Positions 30,627 through 39,396 of a stretch of 64,000 nucleotides of DNA are shown here, one piece after another. A program made the position numbers and the translations under genes. The stretch's first letter is position 1, and each line of letters opens with the position of its first letter. The DNA is from Thermoplasmatota archaeon (GTDB lineage Archaea > Thermoplasmatota > Penumbrarchaeia > Penumbrarchaeales > Penumbrarchaeaceae): assembly GCA_965234725.1 (NCBI GenBank), contig CBDDUX010000038.1:8257-72256 (forward strand). Direction: 5' to 3'. The notes beneath the pieces were generated by a model that ran no database searches, had not been told where the DNA came from, and saw nothing but the letters and a program-made list of their open reading frames with translations.

Positions 30627-32159
30627 ATGGATATCCAAGAGGAAGAGGGAAGGATGCCATCCATTGTCATTGTTGGAATTGGCGGTGGTGGGTCCAGGAT
30701 ACTATCAGATGGAATGGAAAAGGTCATCAAATACATCAATGTGGATAGATACAACTGCCTGGCGAGAGCTGTAAGGGCAAACACCGAAAGGCCTCTCACT
30801 TTCATCGTGGATACCTCTTCGGATCCCACCCGAAAGGGATTCTTCGAGAACATTCCGGATGACCAGAAGATATCACTTTCAGAATCTGCTCGTGGTATGT
30901 CCAGAGGTGCGGGAGGGAGACCGGGTCGGGCAGCAAAGGCAGTTCTTAATGATGAAGTCGTCAAGAACCTTGCATTCAATCTCTATAAACCGATCTCAGA
31001 AGCAGAACCTGCCATTGTTGTGATCATCCATACAGCAGACGGAGGAACCGGAGGAGGTCTGACTCCCGAGGTAATCCATCATCTTGGTTACTGCTTGCCC
31101 ATGTCCACAATATTCTGGATCTTCACCGTACTTCCGAAAAGAACAGCACTCTCTCTCCTGGGTCCAAGGACCGTGGCTCCCACAATGGGGAAACTCTTGA
31201 AGGTAGCAAGAAGGGTCACACGGAGGGATTTTACAAATATTCCATTCCGCTGCAGAGAGGTTATAAATTCAGCCATAAAACTGAAAAAGCTGGACCAGTC
31301 ATATGAGTTCCAGCATTCTCGTATCGCAATTTTTCCACTCTCCAATCACCATTTCGCCCAGTGCATGGAAGGTTTCGGCGGGAAACAGATAAGGGAAGAG
31401 GTTCTAAATCCATTCCCGATAGAACTCCTTTCCCAGGCTCTTTATCCTTATCTGAAATATAATGTCGCAACTTATGATGAACAGGTCTGGATGCAGGAGA
31501 ACTGGCCTCTCGGTCCGATAGACATCCCGGACATCATGGCGGGTCTCACATCTGAAAGGCCCTTTGTGATCCCTCACCTTTTTGTGGATCCTGATATAGA
31601 TGATCAGGATAGTATTGAGAGTGTGGTTAAGGACCTGGAGGAGGGGAGGATAAGATTGGAAGTTCAGAATGGGGAAAAAGGGAGTGAGGATCTGGGCCTC
31701 TTCACTTTCACAGGTTCCTCATCAGCTCTCTTCGAGTTCAGAGCAACATCACTCTACTGCATCCCCATATACCCGGAGGGCAGTTCATATTTCGACAGTT
31801 TTGGAGATTTCGTGTCTGATATCTGGTTTCCATCACTCTCAGGGAAATTAAAATTCATCACAGGGAAACAGGGATTGAAACTAGGGGTCATCAGCCATGC
31901 AGCCAATCTCAAACCCCAACCGATCCCAAGACCTCCAGGAGATATCGACCTGGGTTTCAAAAATGGACTTTTAGTCACACTTCTGTTTGGCGCGGTTCCC
32001 AAGGACCTACCTATCTGGCTTGAGGCGACAAGAGATATCATAGAAGGATACAAGACAGAGGATTTCTGGGAAGTATCCGGATATGATGCAAGGGATTGGT
32101 TGAACGAGATCTCAGCTTATGTTGGATGGCCTGATTGGCCTTACAAGAAATATAATTAG
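30627..32159 (+). CDS. Divergent tubulin/FtsZ-superfamily GTPase
   Basis: T1 'IVIVGIGGGGSRI', T2 'IVDT', T3 'GAGGRPGRA', T4 'ADGGTGGG', T5 'TVLP', T6 'LSN', T7-like 'IDIPDI'. Confidence 0.78.
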   Translation: MDIQEEEGRMPSIVIVGIGGGGSRILSDGMEKVIKYINVDRYNCLARAVRANTERPLTFIVDTSSDPTRKGFFENIPDDQKISLSESARGMSRGAGGRPGRAAKAVLNDEVVKNLAFNLYKPISEAEPAIVVIIHTADGGTGGGLTPEVIHHLGYCLPMSTIFWIFTVLPKRTALSLLGPRTVAPTMGKLLKVARRVTRRDFTNIPFRCREVINSAIKLKKLDQSYEFQHSRIAIFPLSNHHFAQCMEGFGGKQIREEVLNPFPIELLSQALYPYLKYNVATYDEQVWMQENWPLGPIDIPDIMAGLTSERPFVIPHLFVDPDIDDQDSIESVVKDLEEGRIRLEVQNGEKGSEDLGLFTFTGSSSALFEFRATSLYCIPIYPEGSSYFDSFGDFVSDIWFPSLSGKLKFITGKQGLKLGVISHAANLKPQPIPRPPGDIDLGFKNGLLVTLLFGAVPKDLPIWLEATRDIIEGYKTEDFWEVSGYDARDWLNEISAYVGWPDWPYKKYN

Positions 32160-32165
32160 AATATA

Positions 32166-32213
32166 TCTGGAAATTCTTAGGTAATTACTAATTGATCAAC
32201 AATTTCCAGATTT
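32166..32213. repeat. 48-bp direct repeat, copy 1 (10-bp terminal inverted arms)
   Basis: TCTGGAAATTcttaggtaattactaattgatcaacAATTTCCAGAttt; identical to 32374..32421. Confidence 0.95.
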
Positions 32214-32373
32214 TATTTATCTGGCAACTCACTTGCGTCACTGATATAGAAAAACGTGAATTCGAGACCATTGTAAAAAACAGGCTTCGCCTTAGGTTTT
32301 TTACTGTCCTTCGCATCACAGATACGAAGGCCCAGCAACAGTAGATCGTCAATTTCAAGAACTACTGTGCGGG
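32214..32373. other. Hairpin-rich 160-bp segment (possible ncRNA or ssDNA structure)
   Basis: Three consecutive stems: GTAAAAAAC/GTTTTTTAC, CCTTCG.ATC/GAT.CGAAGG, ACAGTAG/CTACTGT. Confidence 0.45.
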
Positions 32374-32421
32374 TCTGGAAATTCTTAGGTAATTACTAAT
32401 TGATCAACAATTTCCAGATTT
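32374..32421. repeat. 48-bp direct repeat, copy 2
   Basis: Identical to 32166..32213, 208 bp downstream. Confidence 0.95.
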
Positions 32422-32425
32422 AAAT

Positions 32426-32460
32426 AAAAAAAAAGGGGAAGGTCAACAAAGACCTCCCCC
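32426..32460 (-). terminator. Hairpin plus U-tract terminator
   Basis: Minus strand GGGGGAGGTC-TTTGTT-GACCTTCCCC followed by T9, after the stop of the 1412-aa gene. Confidence 0.75.
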
Positions 32461-32486
32461 ATCAGGTTCTTCTCTCAAACCGGTTC

Positions 32487-35400
32487 TCAGATCCTCTTGG
32501 TGGTCTTCAGCAAGAGCGCAGCTCCGACGAGTGCGACAATGGCCAGCAGGATGATGAGCATGGTGGAGATTATCGGGTTGTTGTTCACCAGCTCCTTCAC
32601 AACAAAGCTGCCCTGGACCTTGACGGTCCTGCTAACTGAGTTGCTGTCTCCTTCTCCTCCGGGTGCTTCAACAACGGTGTTCTCAGGATCGAGAATTACC
32701 TCGACCTTGTGATCACCTGCTTCTGCGACCCAGGAGAAGATGACCGTCTTCTCATCGGTCTCATTGTCTCCGTTCCTTACTGACCTCAGGGTCGAGACCT
32801 TCTTCTCCTCACCATCGATCTTCAGCTGGACATCCACGTTCTCTGCGGGGATATCACCGACGTTCTTGATCTTCACTATAATAGTGAGGACATCACCGAC
32901 GGTGGCATGATAACCGCTGTCTGCGTTACCACCCGAGAATTCCACTGCCCTGCCCTTATCGTCCTTCACGAAGACGAGATCGGGGAACAGGACCTCGAGC
33001 TTGATGATGGTCTCATTCCAATCGTTCGGACCACCCTCTCCGCGACCTGCGACAGAGATGTCTGTGGTCGCTGAGGACTGGACCTCGAACCTCGGAGCCT
33101 TCAAAGTCAGATGGACCCATGCGGTCTGACCCTTATCCAGGACAAGGGTTATGTCGCGGATCTCGTTCAGGTTGGATCCAGAAACCGCTGCTGCGGTGAA
33201 GTTCGGTGTGTAGTAAACATCCGCCACCAGATTCGAGATCGGGATCTCGTTGGTGAAGTCGAAGGGTCTTATGTTGGTCGTGAAGTCAGGTGTGTTGGCG
33301 ATTGCAACAAACTTACCTTCCCAACCATCATAGAGGACCTCCATCTGGTCCCTGACCGGATCATACTGCTTTCCAAGCCTCAGGGTTACCCTCTCGAGGC
33401 CGTTTCCGTAGTTGCCGACCCGGAGGACGAATGGTTTCTCCTGGTCAGGCTGGATCTGGGCGGTCATGACATTGGTATCGTCCAGGGTTTCGACCTGTAG
33501 ATCGTATGTCTGATTCACATAGACCTTAACGTATACGACCTTGGATGAGCCTTCACCTGTCAGATTCACTCCAACAACATACCAACCGGTCCTTGTGTTT
33601 TCCGGGACCTTGATACGGCCGTTGATGAAGATATTGCTCTTCCAGTCCATGGTGAACTCATACTTCTGGTAACCTTCCAGATTGTAGAAGGTCAGATTCC
33701 AATCAAGGAGGATCTCGTAGGCATTGGGCATGATCATGTCCTCGCCGTTCCCAAGGTTGGATACCTGCATCCTGAACCATACGTTGTTGCCGGGATCCAC
33801 CCTTACACTGTCCTTTTCAATTACCACCGCATCGAACTCATAGACATGGTTGACTATGACCGTCAGCGGAGCAGAAGCACGGATATTGGTGGCATCTTTG
33901 ACCACACCTATCACATTCAGGACCAGCTTCTGATTTGCTCCAACGTATCCGGGGGCAGTTACTCTGATGGTAACAGGTCTTGTCTGTCCCTGGTATACCG
34001 CCTGGGGTTCCTCGGGATATCTAACTGTCCAGCCAGGCTGCTTACCTTCTATTGAGAGTACAACATAGATAATATCCTTGTTACCAAGGTTGGTTATCTC
34101 AAGTGTGTATTCCACAGTTCCGTTCGGATCAACATATTTGGTGGAATCCTCGATCCTGAGCTGAAGTTCGTTCACCTCACCGACTATCATGATCAGTTTG
34201 TCGACCTTGATGATATCCTCGATAACTGCTTCCTTGGACCTTCCGGAAACACCGGTCAATATGATGGGGATCTGTGTATCCTTGGTAGCATCGATGGGAC
34301 ATTTCACCTTTACGGTGAATGAAGTTCCGGTGATCCCACCGAACTGTTCGGCAAGAGGCGGCGCAGTAAGGGATATGTTCGCTGTAATATCTCCGGTCTC
34401 AACGAAATACCAATCCCAACCAGCATCCAGTGGAGGCGGGCTGAGTGTAAGCTCGTAGGTATCATTGAGGTTGCCCTTGTTCAGTACGGATATCGTGTAT
34501 ATACCTTCAGCTCCCGGATTGATCTTGTCCCATTTCTCGCCAACAAGCGGATCAAGGGGATCGGTGGAAGGTTGTTTCAGGTAGTTCAACTCGAAATCCA
34601 CGAACAGGTCCAGGATCGTCAGGGTGGTTATCGAATCCGAAGCGAACTGGTCCTGTGAAGAGTTGGCAGATACATTGATCCTTGCCATCTCTCCGATGTC
34701 ACCTTCCCACGGAGCATAGACCGTCAACTGAAGGAAAGCAACCTCTTGTGAAGCGAGTCTCACATAGCTCGGATTATCGTTTCCTCTGTCTGGGGGTGTG
34801 TCCAGGAAGACAGACCAGCCCTGGGGGATGGAATCCTGCTCGACTTCAACATAGATAACGTCCTTGTTGACCTCTGAGATGCCCTTTCCGGTGTTCTCAA
34901 CGGTCAGGTTGTATGTGACATATGATCCGGGCTGGGCGGACTTCACAACGGTGTCCAGGGGTTGTCCGGTCTCTATGTCCTTCCTGGGATAGATATCCAC
35001 ACCGAAGGAGGTCTGGGGGTTGTAGAATCCGGTCCTGTTGAGATCATAGTGGAACTCGGCCCAATCGGCCTGGCCCTTTACGGACCTTCCACCAGCGGAG
35101 ATGCAGTAGACATGGCCTTCCTGGTCTCCAATGACGACCTCAAGCATACCATCCAGATCTATGTCACCAACCACTGGTGATGAGATCCCTATGGGGACTG
35201 TGGTGTCGTAAACCCAGAGAACATCCTGGGTAGGACCGTCTCCCGGATATGGTACTCCTTCATCTATACCATCGGACGGATCTCCATCGAAACAGAAGAC
35301 CTTGCCCGAATCAGAACCTATAACGATCTCCAATTCATCATCATTGTTGATATTACATATCGCGGGAGAAGACATACATCTTCCACCCGTATCGAAAGAC

Positions 35401-36725
35401 CATAGAAGGTTATGATATTCAGTGTTCATCACATACATCATACCATTATCGGATCCGAAGACCACCTCATAGTCGAGATGCTTCTCTTCGGGATCGTCCT
35501 TTGCCACCTGAAGATCGGCAACTGCCGGTGATGAGAAAATGGAGGCACGGGAACTGCCGGTCTGGTAGTCCCAGAGCTTCTTTCCGGAAGGAGTATAGAC
35601 ATAGAGCTTTCCGCCCCATCCGGTCCAGGTCCTCGGATATCCTTCGGAACATCCGATGAAGATCTCACACTCTGGGGAACCTGTGACGTTTGCAACAGCG
35701 GATGTTGCATAGGTCTGGTGACCTCCCAGATATCCGCTTGTGCTCTCGTCATAGTTGGGTTTCCCCTCAGCGTTCTCTCCCTGCCTTTCCCAGATCCTCA
35801 GACCCCTATCGTGGTTTCCTATGATGAGCTCGGTGTCCCTTTCCTTGGATGGATCAGGATTGATCAGCTCTGGACCATCCCAGAAATCACCATCAAGGTC
35901 GTGGGCGACGACAGAGCATCCGATAAGACCTCCCTCACCGCCGGTCGGAGCTTCTTCTCTGAAGATCGCACCACCGTCGACCTCGAAGGCCTCCATCCAA
36001 CCCTTCCTTCCTTCATCATCGGAAGCAAGGACGATCTCAAGGTCCTCCTTGTCACCAGTCCAATCTCCTTCAAGATCGGTGATACAGGCTGTGGAGAAGT
36101 AATATCCAGTTGTCAATCCCTTCTTCCACTGCTTCTCTCCATCCGATCCGATACAAAGGGCTCCGTCCTTCACACCAATGATGATCTCGGGAGTATCACC
36201 AAGGTTCACATCAGCCGCAATGACCGATGCAAAGATGTGCGGAGGATCGAAATCGAGACCGGACGTACCAGCCGTCTGTCCGAGATAATCTATGACATCA
36301 TCACCATACGGATTGGGCCAAAAATAGCCCCCGTCAGGTCGTAATGCATAGATGTAATCACCAGCAGAGGCGATGACGACCTCAAGATCGTTGTCATTGT
36401 CCAGATCGACAATGGCAGGGGAAGAGAGATATTCTCCCTCAGCCTCGAACAAGGTGGTCTGCCATTCCAGCTGACCTCCGCCAGACCTGGTGATGTAGTC
36501 ATTCACAAGCGGGTTTCCAGTATCATCTACGGGTGCCTTGATCTGACCAAATTTCTCGAAGAGATCCCTCTTCGAATTGAGCCAGGTATCGAAAACAAGG
36601 TTGTCGACATCAACTGTATCGACATATTTGTAAAGCACATATCCCCCAATGGCCGAAGCCGTGAGGAGCATCAGGATGCCCCCCATGAGCAGTAGTCCCT
36701 TGGGGTGGAATCTTTCTGTAATCAT
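32487..36725 (-). CDS. Large surface protein: FG-GAP/PQQ-like beta-propeller, Ig-like (NEW3/NPCBM-associated) repeats and CARDB
   Basis: 'SSPAIVDLDNDNDLEVV'-type repeats, repeated 'N.GN..D' Ig units, C-terminal CARDB and TM; GGAGGT RBS. Confidence 0.82.
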   Translation of the reverse strand: MITERFHPKGLLLMGGILMLLTASAIGGYVLYKYVDTVDVDNLVFDTWLNSKRDLFEKFGQIKAPVDDTGNPLVNDYITRSGGGQLEWQTTLFEAEGEYLSSPAIVDLDNDNDLEVVIASAGDYIYALRPDGGYFWPNPYGDDVIDYLGQTAGTSGLDFDPPHIFASVIAADVNLGDTPEIIIGVKDGALCIGSDGEKQWKKGLTTGYYFSTACITDLEGDWTGDKEDLEIVLASDDEGRKGWMEAFEVDGGAIFREEAPTGGEGGLIGCSVVAHDLDGDFWDGPELINPDPSKERDTELIIGNHDRGLRIWERQGENAEGKPNYDESTSGYLGGHQTYATSAVANVTGSPECEIFIGCSEGYPRTWTGWGGKLYVYTPSGKKLWDYQTGSSRASIFSSPAVADLQVAKDDPEEKHLDYEVVFGSDNGMMYVMNTEYHNLLWSFDTGGRCMSSPAICNINNDDELEIVIGSDSGKVFCFDGDPSDGIDEGVPYPGDGPTQDVLWVYDTTVPIGISSPVVGDIDLDGMLEVVIGDQEGHVYCISAGGRSVKGQADWAEFHYDLNRTGFYNPQTSFGVDIYPRKDIETGQPLDTVVKSAQPGSYVTYNLTVENTGKGISEVNKDVIYVEVEQDSIPQGWSVFLDTPPDRGNDNPSYVRLASQEVAFLQLTVYAPWEGDIGEMARINVSANSSQDQFASDSITTLTILDLFVDFELNYLKQPSTDPLDPLVGEKWDKINPGAEGIYTISVLNKGNLNDTYELTLSPPPLDAGWDWYFVETGDITANISLTAPPLAEQFGGITGTSFTVKVKCPIDATKDTQIPIILTGVSGRSKEAVIEDIIKVDKLIMIVGEVNELQLRIEDSTKYVDPNGTVEYTLEITNLGNKDIIYVVLSIEGKQPGWTVRYPEEPQAVYQGQTRPVTIRVTAPGYVGANQKLVLNVIGVVKDATNIRASAPLTVIVNHVYEFDAVVIEKDSVRVDPGNNVWFRMQVSNLGNGEDMIMPNAYEILLDWNLTFYNLEGYQKYEFTMDWKSNIFINGRIKVPENTRTGWYVVGVNLTGEGSSKVVYVKVYVNQTYDLQVETLDDTNVMTAQIQPDQEKPFVLRVGNYGNGLERVTLRLGKQYDPVRDQMEVLYDGWEGKFVAIANTPDFTTNIRPFDFTNEIPISNLVADVYYTPNFTAAAVSGSNLNEIRDITLVLDKGQTAWVHLTLKAPRFEVQSSATTDISVAGRGEGGPNDWNETIIKLEVLFPDLVFVKDDKGRAVEFSGGNADSGYHATVGDVLTIIVKIKNVGDIPAENVDVQLKIDGEEKKVSTLRSVRNGDNETDEKTVIFSWVAEAGDHKVEVILDPENTVVEAPGGEGDSNSVSRTVKVQGSFVVKELVNNNPIISTMLIILLAIVALVGAALLLKTTKRI

Positions 36726-36892
36726 TTTTCCATACCTCCTTTCTAAGAACCGGTCATACGTTTCCTACAACCAAATTATCCCTGGCGATGATATTAATAC
36801 ATTCCTGTACACGACTTGTATCGATCACCTGGACTTATTAGCGGGTTGGGGTTCAAAGTCTTTGTCTTATAAAAGAATAATGGGATTTACCA

Positions 36893-37462
36893 TTAGTATG
36901 CGTCCAGGTTTGGTTTGTTAACAAGCTCTTCCTTTATGAGAGGAATGATCTTGTAAGGGAGGATGTTCTTGTTTATAGGAGTGACCTCCAAAATTCGGAC
37001 ATCATCCCTCCTTCGGATATCCTGTAATAGTGGATTCCTGGATTTCTTGTGAAGTGTGAGGAGAAGTGGTTTATCAGCCTCCAGAGCCTCTTTAACAGCC
37101 TCCACGAACTGTTTTGATTCCACCTCCAGCTTCCCAACCTCATCAATGACTATGACATCAGCCTCATAAGTGGACCTTCTAATTGCAGCGACCCCGATAC
37201 CATCGAGGGCGTCCATATCTATCCCGTAATCAAGGAACCGGATCTCAGAGACCATGTCGGTCCGGGCCAATACTCCCTCTTCCTTTGTAAGTAGGTCCTG
37301 GACCATGAAACCGACCTTAACTCCCCGTTCTATGATACCGTCGGTTATCATGCCGCCTACCTTTATCCCCTCTGCCTCAAGCATCTCGACGACCTTTCTA
37401 AGGGCATGGGTCTTTCCAGCTCCAGGTAATCCGGTGATACCTATCTTTATCTTCTTAGACAC
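36893..37462 (-). CDS. Nucleoside-triphosphatase (THEP1 / NTPase_1)
   Basis: Walker A GLPGAGKT, 'VGGMIT', 'VIVIDEVGKLE'. Confidence 0.92.
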   Translation of the reverse strand: MSKKIKIGITGLPGAGKTHALRKVVEMLEAEGIKVGGMITDGIIERGVKVGFMVQDLLTKEEGVLARTDMVSEIRFLDYGIDMDALDGIGVAAIRRSTYEADVIVIDEVGKLEVESKQFVEAVKEALEADKPLLLTLHKKSRNPLLQDIRRRDDVRILEVTPINKNILPYKIIPLIKEELVNKPNLDAY

Positions 37463-37670
37463 TTATTCTCACCAACCCCTGTTCAGATTCGCCCCACAGG
37501 TCTTTTTACCGTAATATCAACGACCCTAATTAATCTATGGATTTCAATTCTATCCGAACTACCTGGAATATCTTAAGAAGGATAAAAAAAGTAAATTTCC
37601 TTTATGCTATCAGACCAATACGAAAAGTATTTAGGGGTTTTTAGGATATGGTATATGGAGGTGAAAATGG

Positions 37671-37907
37671 ATGGTGATAGGATTCATTCTTATAAGTACG
37701 GCGCCGGCTAAGGAACATGACGTTTTCAAATCACTGATGAACGTCCCGGAGATAGTTGAACTTCACCCCCTGTTTGGAGAGTACGATCTGATCGCCAAGA
37801 TCGAGGCAAGGGATTTCAATACATTGGGCCAGATCGTGGTCGAAAAAGTGAGGTCAATACCCGGGGTCATCGATACAAAGACCCTGACCGGGATTAAGTT
37901 CACTTGA
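37671..37907 (+). CDS. Stand-alone Lrp/AsnC ligand-binding (RAM) domain protein
   Basis: 'LFGEYDLIAKIE...IPGVIDTKTL'; GGAGGTG RBS. Confidence 0.9.
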   Translation: MVIGFILISTAPAKEHDVFKSLMNVPEIVELHPLFGEYDLIAKIEARDFNTLGQIVVEKVRSIPGVIDTKTLTGIKFT

Positions 37908-37931
37908 GGCAAAACCTTCCGGTCGATCCAC

Positions 37932-38414
37932 ATGCTTGATCAGTTAGTAGTGAAACATAGAGTACCGTCCAAGGGCATGCCAAGGACGGTCCTTCTTTTT
38001 CTTATCATCTGCACCCTCATAACTCTATCATTTATCTCCATCCCGGCAAATGGTGCTGAGGAAGATGACAGCTCGGAACATGAATACCATAATAACGAGT
38101 TGACCTTTCTTTTGATCTCCTTTGTAATGACATACGGAGCCACTGCTGTTCTAGTTAGTATTTTCACATTCAAATATGGCCAGGGAAAAGCAAAGATCAT
38201 TGCGATCCCCATGCTTATTTCAGGTCTGTTGATCTGGTTTACCTGGATCTATTTCAAGTTCATTATCAAAGCCGCCTTCCCGGATGATACCATATTGAAT
38301 ATCATTCATTGGTCCGCAGCACCCATCCTGAAACCATTACTTGCCGTGGTAGGGGTTTTCCTTGGCGGGGGGCTTTCTTTGTTCATATTCCTCACCATGG
38401 TTGTTAGATCATGA
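37932..38414 (+). CDS. Hypothetical membrane protein
   Basis: Signal peptide plus three hydrophobic helices. Confidence 0.65.
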   Translation: MLDQLVVKHRVPSKGMPRTVLLFLIICTLITLSFISIPANGAEEDDSSEHEYHNNELTFLLISFVMTYGATAVLVSIFTFKYGQGKAKIIAIPMLISGLLIWFTWIYFKFIIKAAFPDDTILNIIHWSAAPILKPLLAVVGVFLGGGLSLFIFLTMVVRS

Positions 38415-38618
38415 ACACTCGATCAAGATCGCAGACAATTGACCACATGTTTTATAAAAAAATCCCAAGATAACAAATAATTATCATTCAATATATCACA
38501 TATTTATAAAATATAAATATGATAAAAGAATAAAATAAGCAAAAATGGAAACGATCCCGATCACCCATACCAATCGACCGGGATAGTTTCAGATCTGCGA
38601 TCCAATAATTACGTTGTT

Positions 38619-39089
38619 CTATTCCAGGCCAAACTCAATGTGTTTTATACCTTCATCTGATATCTTGAATCTTCCCTGTTTCCGGCCCTGATTGAGAAGA
38701 CCATCTCCCATGAGCTTCCTGAAATAATAGGTCATATTTCCAGGGACCTCGATCATGTTCTTTTTCATGAAACCGATCATTTCCTTGGAGCGGAACTCCC
38801 TTTTCCTTAGTTTCTTGTTGATGCAGAATGCAGAAACGAGCACTTTCATATCATTGTTCTTACCATCAAGTTTCGGAAGAAGGTCACCGATCTCCAATGC
38901 TTTGACATCGATAGATGGCTTCGGTTTTGGCTTTGGACCCCTTTTCGCAGGTGCACCCTTGGATCTCTGTTTGGGAAAGATGACCTTGATCTCCTTGAAA
39001 ACACCGTCAACGAATTCCTTATCTCCCTCGATCTCAATAAGATTCCTTCCATTCCTTACCTTTATCTTGTATAATTCCTTGGATTCCAT
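38619..39089 (-). CDS. Small basic putative DNA-binding protein (C-terminal wHTH-like)
   Basis: Lys/Arg-rich; 'IEIEGDKEFV' N-domain; 'KRGPKPK' linker; 'FRKLMGDGLL...FKISDEG' wing. Confidence 0.6.
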   Translation of the reverse strand: MESKELYKIKVRNGRNLIEIEGDKEFVDGVFKEIKVIFPKQRSKGAPAKRGPKPKPKPSIDVKALEIGDLLPKLDGKNNDMKVLVSAFCINKKLRKREFRSKEMIGFMKKNMIEVPGNMTYYFRKLMGDGLLNQGRKQGRFKISDEGIKHIEFGLE

Positions 39090-39396
39090 GTGATGGGATT
39101 ATCTATTTCATATATAATATTATAGAATAAAATTTTAATAGAGATTGGAATGATTTGTTTTAATAATTTTTTAATCACTCTTAATTTATATCATTGATAT
39201 TCCTTTGGACCGTAAAGAAAATTAATGGAAATTTTTCCCCATAAGAATTATCCAATAGATAGCCAGTATACTTGAAAATGATCCGATAAGAATAACATCC
39301 GAACGGTAGGTTCAAGACCAAAACACACCAGATCGGATATTCCATTCCATTTGACTTTCAAAGGTGGAGGTCCGAGAGAAAAAATAGCGCAATATT

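Noticed and set aside
32166..32421. CRISPR array
   Set aside because: Only two repeats, a 160-bp spacer and no cas genes in the window.
38415..39396. Replication origin in the AT-rich spacers
   Set aside because: No ORB-like repeats and no cdc6/orc1 gene nearby.
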